From NCBI RefSeq assembly GCF_018977255.1, contig NW_024704742.1, positions 12,774,001-12,838,000 on the forward strand: DNA of 64,000 nucleotides, given 5' to 3'. The stretch comes from Callorhinchus milii (taxonomy: Eukaryota). Of the stretch, positions 13,071 to 23,000 are shown in pieces (within the stretch, counting starts at the first letter, position 1; the number at the start of each line of letters is the position of its first letter). The notes below the pieces were generated by a model. The model had not been told where the DNA came from. It ran no database searches and was given only the letters and a program-made list of their open reading frames with translations. The position numbers were made by a program, and so were the translations under genes.

Positions 13071-13764
13071 GCACTGTTCCATCAAGTTAAGAAGAGGTTT
13101 TTGACAAATGTTTCAAATGAGCTTGGTAGCGGTGGGAGAAGAGATCCAGCCGTGAAACACTGACAAAGGCACAAACAATGATTATGAGAATTTAGTGTGA
13201 AAGAGGCATTCAAAACCGTAACATTTTTGTTCCTGTCCTATTTTTATGAGATTTGTTGACACTTACCCTTGCTTAAATACATTTTAATAGTTCCTGTTAT
13301 AGATTGCATGAAAAGGTATTACTGCCTAAATAATACAAGATTGTAACAAGATGAATAAATGGTTGTTTAAACCTCCAGTGTGAATGAATCCCATATCTCA
13401 CGTGGTTGTAATTGGAAGCCAACAGGGTCTATCACCTGGTCAGTGGAACTGGAGGTCTTTTCATCAAGTGTTTGTATTATAAAATAATCACCATCAACAC
13501 CTATGATGAAATGATCCCTAGTATTAACAACCATGGCAATGGCAGGTTTCATCTAGTGATGGCCAGAGGCTTTCCCAAAGGAGAAAGAGTTCAGACATCG
13601 AGTGCACATCACAAGACCACAAGATTGGTTTGTTTGAAGAAGGCCCATCTGAACTCATCCTTCCTGAAAATCCACCTTACCATTCTCCCATCACAGATTC
13701 AAACTGCTTTCTAAATGAGTCCAGAGGTCCTGGCTCAAGGCTCAATCCCAGTTGCTGGCCATGT

Positions 13765-14210
13765 GTATCAGGTTGGCTCAAGTGATAGTGCTCTTGCCTC
13801 TGAGTCAGGAGATTGAGGGTTCAAGCCCCAGGGCGGATCTTGATACCCATATGGTCTAAGCTGACACTCTAATGCAATGCTGGGGGGTGTGCTGCACAGT
13901 CAGAGTTGCCGTCCTTCGGATGAAACGTTAAAGCAATCCCCCATCTGCCTGTTTAGGTGGATGTTAAAGGTTCCATGGCACAACTAAAAAAGATAAGACT
14001 GTTCCTCCCGGTGTCCTGGCTAACAATCCCCCAAGATAGAACTGGTCATTCACTTCAAGGCTGTTTGTGAAACATTGCAGTTTGCAATTTGTTGTCTCAT
14101 TCATCCACAAAATACAGCCACTTCACTTTATGATATATCCTGTGAAGAGCTTTGGAACGTCTTCCTGATGTGAAAGGCACTTTACCAAATCTAAAGATTA
14201 TTATTATTAT
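13765..14210 (+). mobile_element. DeuSINE-type element (tRNA head, Deu domain, L2-like tail)
   Basis: tggctcaagtgatag A box, gggttcaagccc B box, gccgtccttcggatgaaacgttaaa...ggtggatgttaaaggttccatggca...ccggtgtcctggctaac Deu core, (tta)n tail. Confidence 0.7.
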
Positions 14211-14529
14211 ATTGACCTTTTCCAGTGTTAATTATACTGCTCTCCTCTATACCGACTCTAGGGCCTCAACAGCCCTGATGTTGCGGTGACCAGGACTGTA
14301 TACAGTACTCTGGAATTGGGCTGACCATAGTACTATTCAAACTGAGCATGGCTTCAATCTACGACAGACCTTGGAGGTGCAGGCAAGACCCCAAGTGAAA
14401 GACCTAACCAGCAAAAAAGTTGCAGCTGAACAACTGAACGGTTACCATCATCTTTTTTAATGAGTGGAAATGCCTTTGAACCTTTTCATTTCTTCATTGA
14501 TATGACTTATTAAACAGCAAGAACGTTAC

Positions 14530-14622
14530 CTGTTGTCCAGGTGAAGTGGCATGGATTCAAGGCCAATGATTTGACAGGAGGGTTCAAAGTTGGAGAGTTC
14601 ATATAAATGCATTTCTCGATCA
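14530..14622 (-). pseudogene. WDR95-like remnant exon a (93 nt)
   Basis: ttttctgcctag|T GAT CGA GAA...GAC AAC AG|gtaacg; DREMHLYELSNFEPSCQIIGLESMPLHLDN, open frame. Confidence 0.8.
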
Positions 14623-16142
14623 CTAGGCAGAAAATATTAATAATAATAGTGATATTATTCATTTTGGATATAAAGTAAATTGCTGATAACGGGACCCTGG
14701 CTTGTCACTACCACTTAAGTAGCTATGCTGTCAATATCCCGGCTGCTTCCTATGCAAAATGTTAATAACGGACTCAATTTTACTTGTCACTCTGCTTAAA
14801 ATATAACTTGTCACATCCTAGAAATTCTTGTAAGAACTTACTTCAGATAACTGGTCCGATAATACGACATTCTGTATCGCAGAGATTCCTTGCCCTATCC
14901 CTTGACTGGTGTGGACACTTGGTGCAGCCCTCCAATAGACCAGAGGCCTCTGTGATGCATCTGAGAATGTGTGCCCAATCTCTGCCGAGTGCCCTAACTA
15001 GTCACACTGCTCCCTTGCGGCCCGGGGGACATAACAAGCCACTCCAAATAATTTGTCGCTGAGCGCTTTTCCCTTGAAGTGAAGAGTTATCAGGAGTTTA
15101 CTATATATAAATAGTATTTTCCTTGAAGGATATTGCTAATATTGCTAAGTGTGGTCTAGTGAGTGTTTCAGGGGAAATTAAACAGGCATAGTGGCATCCC
15201 TAAAATATACAAACTTTGGTGGTGGATCGGTCAAGAATGCAGAATGCTCCATAAATTAAACAATATATATAATGCAATATAATAAAAATATATATTGTGC
15301 GTTTAGGGAAAACACAGAGACACACAGACACTCACAAACACATTTGGTTTGTAATGGTTACATGTTTACATAAATGTCTATACATGTAGATGCTTGCACG
15401 TACTTTGGACAATGGAATTATTTGTTCAATCGGTATTAAAGCCACATTTAAATGTTTTTAAAATTGTGAGCTATGGCAATTTATTGATGTTATTTATTTT
15501 ATGCTTTATAAAACACATCAAGAATTATGTACATTTTTACCTTATTCTTATTGAATAACTTTATACTTTTTTTTGATAATTTAAGCAATTTTTTTGAATT
15601 TTAAAAATATTTTTGCATATGCATTTTGTGAATGAATGTTTTTTTATATATTAATATGCTTAAGTTCAGCAGAAGTTAATTTCTTCCAAAAAATATACAT
15701 TATGTACAAAAGTTCTATCTCATTGGTTTTTTTTGGTGGGGGAAGTGAAATTCATCAAGGCATGTGCTGGCAATGCTGGGGAATAGAACTGGTTTCCATT
15801 TCACATCCCAGTTCCTGACAGGCAAATCCACATCAGGTGCTGCATGTGACATGGCCAGAATACTCAGCCCAAACACAAAGGTCTTCAAAAGGGGAAAAAA
15901 ACATTTTGGAGGTTTAAATTTAAAATATAAAAAGCACCTGCCCAAAACCAATTTGTACTGGCACTGTGACAAAAACACACCCAATTTGGTGTGAACCCAT
16001 CCAAACTTGGGACGCTACCATACTTGAGGGGCACTACATAAATGCACGTTGTTGTTGTTGAAAGCAATCCACCAATCAACTAACAACCAGGTTCCTTGTT
16101 TGTGAGTGCCCTGACCTGGGTAGGACAAATTTGAAAGTCTGC

Positions 16143-16490
16143 AACAAAAAGAAAATTACATTTGTATAGAGCCTTTCACATCGGGAGGACCTTCCAAGGC
16201 GCTGGACAGTCAAGAGTTTCGGACCTGAGCTTGGGATCGGGAAGGTCGATGGCAGGGGAGAAAGCAGGGTGATCGACGGCACGGTTGAAGAGGAAGGTCT
16301 TGAGATGGGCTTGAAGCCAGCGAGGGAGGGGGCGAGGTGGAGGGACTGCAGAATGGAGTTCCAGAGGGTGGGGCAGAATGGCAGAAGGCCCACCCACCGA
16401 TGAAGCCGGCCGGAATCCGCTGAGCGGAGGGAGAGAATAGGATTGTTAAGGGGTTAGGAGGTCGCAGAGGTAGAGGGCTATGGGGAGAGA
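16143..16490 (-). mobile_element. L2 LINE 3' end
   Basis: Same tail as 12754-13070 ([16 protein letters not shown]). Confidence 0.8.
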
Positions 16491-16919
16491 GTGCGGGAGT
16501 GCGATTAATTTGGACAGCTCTTTCAAAGAACGCGGGTGCGGCCACGGGCACGGCCATGGGCGCGGTGGGTCAAATGGCCTCCTTCTGTGCTGTATAATTC
16601 TATGAATTTATGAACCCTGACCAACACTGAGCAGTCAGTGGTGCCCGGAAGTGGCCACCCGTGTGTCCACAATAAAAACTCGCCTTTAAACATCTTCATC
16701 TGGGATAGGATGCGTCTGTGCGCTTTTTAAACAAAAACAAAGCTTCTAACAATGACACCTTTTTTTAAGGGAAGAATTGACGTTCTGACACTTTTTTTTA
16801 CCCCAAGTACTGTGACGACGTACAGCGATGTGCTCTCCTCTCTTCCCCACGCCCTGCGTGCCGGACGCAATGACGTCGGGGCAGCCTCGCTGTGGGTGTA
16901 ACGGGCGGCTTTTTCAAAC

Positions 16920-17009
16920 ATGGCAACGTTCGGCAGAGGCGTCCGCGACTCAAACGGGCGACTGTGGCGGCGACTGCAGCGCGAGGAGGAGGAGGAGGAG
17001 CAGTGGTGA
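16920..17009 (+). other. Candidate upstream ORF (29 aa) in the PLK4 5' region
   Basis: aacATGG strong Kozak context; MATFGRGVRDSNGRLWRRLQREEEEEEQW*; out of frame with the main ORF; stop 41 nt before the main ATG. The transcription start is not known. Confidence 0.55.
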
Positions 17010-17050
17010 GTCTGCGCCGCCCCGACCCGACCCAGGGCCTCGGCCCTGAC

Positions 17051-17092
17051 ATGGCGGCGGCCGAAGGCGTCAGCATCGGCGACAAGATCAAG
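17051..17092 (+). CDS. PLK4: PLK4 exon 1 coding part
   Basis: gacATGG Kozak context in CpG island; [14 protein letters not shown]|gtaaac. Confidence 0.9.
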
Positions 17093-20000
17093 GTAAACAA
17101 CAAGCTGCCGCGCTCCACAACGGTGGAGGGGGGAGTGGCGCTTATCACAGCCACCACAGGCCCTCACTATCAAGGAACCTGGTTGGTAGTCAATTGGCGG
17201 ATCGCTTTCAACAACAACAACAACAACTCACATTTATACAATGCCCCTCACCCCCGGCAGTGTCCAGGGTATTTGGGAGTATTTCCCGGGGTAAGAATCC
17301 CTAAAACAATAATAATTTGGTCACTCAATCCGCGTCATATCTGCCCACCACTTCTCCTCCCTCCCCATCATGTGCAGTGTTCCTGAGGGCTCTGTCCTTG
17401 GTCCTCTCTTTAGTATCTCCCGCTCAGCCATGTCATTTCCAGGCAGAGGTTAACTTTCACATGTAAGCAGATAACACCCAACTCCATCTCTGCCTCCAGC
17501 CCCACCACTGCTGTCCTGGCGGATTGCCTGTTGGACAACAAATCCTGCATGAGAGCTAATTTTCTCCAGTTGAATGTCAACAAGGCACAGGCCTACCTGC
17601 TTGCTTCCTATCAGCACCTTCTCCCAGTGCCTTGGGACGTCCTCTTGATGTAAAAGGCACTTTATGAATATAGTTTTGTGTTTTGTATTCTCACCTCAGG
17701 TGTTGACTGCATCATTCTATAATAACACAAGCTGTAATGCACACTCTACGTCATGGAGCCAGTGCGGAAACTTGGTTTCTTGTTTGACTCTAAACTGTCC
17801 TTTAAATCTCATATCCGTGCCTTGACCCATTCCAGCTTTCCCTAACCTCTGCAAGATTGCCCGCCTCCAGCAATTTCTCTTCCCCTTGGGCCGCTGAAAT
17901 CTTTATCCAAGCTTTTATCATGTCCAGGCTACAATTCAGCACCAAACTTCCCAGCTCTTCCCTCCATAAGCTTCAGAGCATCCTGAACTCTGCATCTTAT
18001 TTTGTCTCCCACACCAAGCTCGATGAGCCTATCAGCCCCTTCCTTATCCATTTCAACTGGCTCCCCATCCCTCAGAGGATCATGTTCAAGATCCTCGCTT
18101 TTAAATCCCTCCACGGTCTTGCCCCACCCTACTACCTCCATGCCCCTCTTAAAAACGCTACCAACCTACCCACTCCCTCCACATGACAGGCAACCAATTG
18201 CGCAGTGTCCTACAAACAGTTGTGGATGAGTGACCACATTTTTAAAAATATTAAATTTAATGAGATTATTACCCCTGGAAAGCTATCCGCCAATCGACTA
18301 ACAACCAGGTTCATACTTACTACTAGGTAAACTGAGGCATATGGAGTAAGGAAATGTGCCTAAGGTTTTGCCCTGTCCAGGGATTGAACCCGGGTACTCT
18401 CGCTTGCGAGACGAATGCTCTAACCAATACATTACAGGACTGCAAGAGTTTAATGCAAGTGCCTGACTTTATATATCTAAACTACTGTTATAACAAGGTC
18501 ACTCTGCAGTTTATTTTCCTAACTGAAATCTATTAGCTCTATTCTATGATGAAATGTTGGTCAGTCTCCGTTGGTGAATGTACTGTTGGTGAATTGGGAA
18601 AGGAAGAGGAAAGCTGAAGTGTTTCAGAGTGGCAGAAAGTAACAGTAAAATCTTTCATTTATAATTGTGATCTTCAAGAAATTCATTACAAATTTGAAAT
18701 GCTGATAATTCGTATAGAAACTTTATGAAACCATGACAAAGACTGCCATGGCCTAATTTGCGGAGTCAATGTGCTGGTTTCAACAATAAAGTACTTGGTG
18801 CACAAGTAATATACAATATAATATACTATTTTGGTAGATACACAGCAAAGTCAGATCCACTTGTTAAAACTGCCCTGTTACCATTAAAGTCTGTAGTGGT
18901 CTTACAAAAGATTAGCATGAAAAATGCAATTGCTTTGTGATTTAAAAGTCCATTGAAATCTATTATTCCTACACATTGCATGCTGAATTTTAACAAGAAG
19001 TTTGTCATCAAGTTTGGATAAACTTATTAATCATTGCCTTGTAGGAAATAATAATAATAATCCTTGCATTTGATTATTTTATTATAGCGCCTTATCATGT
19101 CTTCAGTATGTCTCAAAGTGCTTCACAGAATATACTGTAAAGTGTAGTAACTGTATATTTTTTGGGCAAATGCAACAGCCAATTAAGCACAGCAATAATA
19201 CAATAATAATACAAGAAATGTCCCTATAGTTTTTATATTTGAGAATTCATTTCAAAATGTATTTAACTGGCCACCTAATTGGGTCGGTTATCTTGGATAG
19301 ATGCATAAAACCTGATGGTGCTAGCTCACAAACACAGCAATGGGAGGTCAGCCTCCTCTGCTAGATGTAATTCTTCAGTTGGTAGTATTTAGGGAAATGC
19401 TAGAGGCTTTCTGCCCTGGAGTATTCTTTTAATTAAGTAATGGGTCTTAAATTTCTTTTGATGAGTAAAATCCAACCTTGTCCCTTCAAGAGGTAATATT
19501 TTTAATACATAACCTTTTAAGACTTTACTTTAGATTGGCTGGAGTGTGATAGGCTCACGATCACGTAATTGGCTTCCACGTTTTCTGGCTGCTGTCCTGA
19601 CAGACTGTCTGTCGGACATCAAGTCCTGGATGAGGGCAAATTTCCTACAGTTGAATGTGAACAAGACTGAGGCCCTCCTGATTGGCTCACGCCAGCACCT
19701 CCGCACCTTAGGCTCTGGCAACATCAACCTCCATGGTTGCACACTTCAACTCCCCAAGCCAGTCAGGAACCTCGGTGTCTTGTTCGACCCTCACATCCCT
19801 ACATCCAAACCATGACCCGCTCTGCCTTCCCTCACCTCCGTAACTTTCAGCGCCTTGGGACGTCCTCCCGACGTGAAAGGCGCTCTATAAATGGAACATC
19901 GCCTGACTCCGCTACTGCCTCCCCCTTCAGGCCACTAAAACTCTTGTTCATCTCCTCCAGACTATGCAAACGCCCGTCGGCCTTCCCAACTCCTCCCTCC

Positions 20001-23000
20001 ACAGGCTGTAGATAATCCAGAACTCTGCAGCCCGTGTCCTCTCCCGCACCAAACTCCGTGACCCCATCGTCCCCATTCTCGCCCGATTCCATTGGCTCCC
20101 TATCCTTCAGAGGAACCAGTTCAAGATCCTGGTCCTCACATACAAAGCCCTCCATGGCCTCGCCCCACCCTATCTCTGCGACCTCCTAACCCCCTACCAA
20201 CCCGCCCATTCCCTCCGCTCAGCTGGCTCCGGCCTGCTCCACGTCCCCCGACCCACTCGCCCCACCATTGGGGGGAGAGCCTTCAGCCACTCTGCCCCCA
20301 ACCTCTGGAATTTCATCCCCCAATCACTCAGCCTCACCCCCTCCTTAGCCCCCTTCAAGTATAACCTCAAGACCCACCTCTTCGACCATGCCATCGGTCA
20401 CCCCCCTTCCCCTCCCTTCGCCTCCCTGACCCCAGCTCAGGTCTGAAATGCTGTATGCTGTCCAGCGCCTTGGGACGTACTCCCGACGTGAAAGGTGCTA
20501 CACAAATGTAATCTTGTTGTTGTTTTGCACATAAAACATAGTCAATTCACTTTACAGTATATTCTGTGACGTGCTTTGAGATGTCTCAATGACGTGATAA
20601 GGTGCTACTATCAAATGCAAGGATTATTGTTATATGTTCACTTCTTGCCAGGGAAATGGAGTTGGGCTGGATACGGATATTTTCCTTCCCAGTTTCTGAA
20701 ATTTGTCTTAATAATAATAATCCTTGCATTTGATATAGCGCTTAATATACTGTAAAGTAAATTGACTGTATATTTGTGGGCGAAACATGGCAGCCAATTG
20801 CACACAACAGTATCCCACAAATGGTCGTGGGATGAGTGACCAAATTATTATTTTTTTTCTTGAGGGATTATTATTAGGCGTGTGGAGTAAGGAAACTTGC
20901 CCAAGGTTTCACCCCGCCAGGAATCGAACACAGGTCTCTGACTTGCAAGGCAAGTGCTCTAACCACTGAGCTGCAGTGTAGCAAGGAGTAACATTACTTG
21001 TCTTAGTTTCCTCTTCCCCTCCCCCACCCTAAAACAGTTTGTTGAAAACCCCACAAAATATACTTTAAGTTCACTTTACAATATATTCTGTGAAGTGCTG
21101 TGAGACGTCTCAGGTGACCTGGCAAATCAGATATCTTTGTATCCTAAAGAAATATCTAAAAAAATTGATTTATAGGAGGAAGAGATTATCAAATACTATC
21201 TTAAATATAAATTTCATTATAATATAATCTTCAATTGTTTTGGGAAGAGGAAACTCACTTATATTCATCTTCTGAGTAAGCAGCTTTCCTGTTCTTTAAA
21301 TATCTGCTCATTTCTCCAAATATCAGGCTAAGGCGCTACATCAAATGCGATATTGTTATTACGTTAGTGTTTTTGCAATACCTGTTGGTGGAGGAGTCCT
21401 CTGGGGACCTCCATATAACTCAGACTCTACATTGTTGCTTAGAGACTGGAAAGGCGCTGATTCTGATCTAACGCGGGAATAAGCCCGGGCTCGGTGTGCA
21501 AGCCCTGTGTGTGGTGTGTGTGTGTGTGTGTAAGCCCTCCAGCCTGTGTGTGTGTGTAAGCCCTCCAGCCTGTGTGTGTGGGTGTGTGTGTAGGGGGGGT
21601 GAGTGTGTGTGTGTGTGTGTGGGTGTCTGTGGGTGTGTGTGTGTGTAGGGGGGGTGAGTGTGTGGGTGTGTGTGTGGGTGTCTGTGGGTGTGTGTGTGTG
21701 TAGGGGGGGTGAGTGTGTGGGTGAGTGTGTGGGTGTGTGTGTGGGTGTGTGTGGGTGTGTGTGTGGGTGTGTGTGTGGGTGGGTGTGTGGGTGGGTGGGT
21801 GAGTGGGTGGGTGGGTGTGTGTGTGTGGGGGTGGGTGTGTGGGTGGGTGTGGGTGTGTGGGTGGGTGTGGGTGTGTGTGTGGGTGGGTGTGGGTGTGTGT
21901 GTGGGGGTGTGGGTGGGTGTGTGGGTGGGTGTGGGTGGGTGTGGGTGGGTGTGTGTGTGGGTGGGTGTGTGGGTGTGTGTGTGGGGGTGTGGGTGGGTGT
22001 GTGGGTGGGTGTGGGTGTGTGTGTGTGTGGGGGTGGGTGTGGGTGTGGGTGTGTGTGTGTGTGGGGGTGTGGGTGTGTGTGTGAGTGGGTGGGTGGGTGT
22101 GTGTGTGTGGGTGTGTGTGTGGGTGTGTGTGTGGGGGTGTGTGTGGGTGTGTGTGTGGGTGTGTGTGTGTGTGGGGTGTGGGTGGGTGGTGGGTGGGTGG
22201 TGGGTGGGTGGGTGTGTGTGTGTGGGTGGGTGTGTGGGTGGGTGTGGTGTGTGGGTGGGTGTGGGTGTGTGTGGTGGGTGTGGGTGTGTGTGTGGGGTGT
22301 GGTGGGTGTGTGGGTGGTGTGGGTGGTGTGTGGGTGTGTGTGGGTGTGTGTGGGTGGGTGTGTGGGTGTGTGTGTGTGTGTGGGTGTGGGTGGGTGTGTG
22401 GGTGGGTGTGTGGGTGTGTGTGTGGGTGTGTGTGTGTGGGTGGGTGGGTGGGTGTGTGTGTGTGTGGTGTGTGTGTGGGTGTGTGTGTGGGGGTGTGTGT
22501 GGGTGTGTGTGTGTGTGGGTGTGTGTGTGTGGGGGGGGGGTGAGCGGGTGGTAGGGACTGACGGCCTCCGAGGAGTTCTAAAATGTTTGACCGAGTGCTG
22601 CATTACATCTTCATGAAATGCAGGAATGGGATCTCAGACGGTGTGAAGGTGTCAGTGTCAGACGGTGACACAGCCATAGAGGTGCCCTGTAAACCCACCG
22701 CTTTAAACAAACCACTTGCGCGCAGTTTTAAACGATCGACTTTTGTGAAGATCGCGGAGTTGCAGACGGCTCAGGAAATACCGCGCACATTCAATAGGTT
22801 TTAAAAGTCGGCGTCTAAACGGTGTTGATATTTTCCATGTTTGTTTTACAGGATTTCAAGGTTTTAACCCTTCTCGGGAAAGGCTCCTTTGCATGTGTTT
22901 ACAAAGCAAAGTCTGTGAGCACTGGTGTGGAGGTAGCGATCAAAATGGTAAGTTTGTTTGCCTTTTAAATAAAGACCGCTATTAAAGCAAAGGGTTAAAC

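Larger units (their letters stand above)
551..14622 (-). pseudogene. Unprocessed pseudogene remnant of a WDR95/WDR49-family (WDY-like) WD40-repeat gene; 7 recognisable exons
   Basis: Seven minus-strand segments with AG acceptors and (six of seven) GT donors translate, in order, to DREMHLYELSNFEPSCQIIGLESMPLHLDNS / STENDECVILFGDEQ / GCVNIFLISLVGETLR / SWTKCPVLDGIPTISIEKIINTGNLSSIRW-x-VHNDWLTE / IKYVDPMRTVISSSNDHSTALVIG / VWDIEDQTCLTTINPKTIQLRGELSACYHSEDLS-x-IATNSLVLLQLTDR / KELRDSKSVSHKEEVLCCDYSNSFQQVISCSEGS. This matches my recollection of WDR95-like proteins. Two frameshifts and one AT donor. Confidence 0.8.
16380..17170 (+). promoter_or_regulatory. CpG island / PLK4 promoter with ETS (CCGGAAGTG 16645-16653), CRE-like (TGACGTC 16871-16877), CDE (GGCGG 16904-16908) and reverse CHR (TTCAAA 16913-16918)
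   Basis: Dense CpG and GC content around the PLK4 ATG in an otherwise CpG-poor window; motifs read directly from the sequence. Confidence 0.75.

Noticed and set aside
13367..13714. Overlapping 61- and 100-aa ORFs in non-repeat sequence
   Set aside because: No recognisable homology; WD remnant exons a and b already join in phase without them.
16727..17386. Several overlapping 73-164 aa ORFs at the PLK4 start
   Set aside because: GC-rich island lacking stops; only 17051-17092 matches PLK4.
21359..22616. Long ORFs (414, 337, 298 aa) rich in HT/PT or VC/GW
   Set aside because: Translations of the GT microsatellite; they lack stops only because of base composition.
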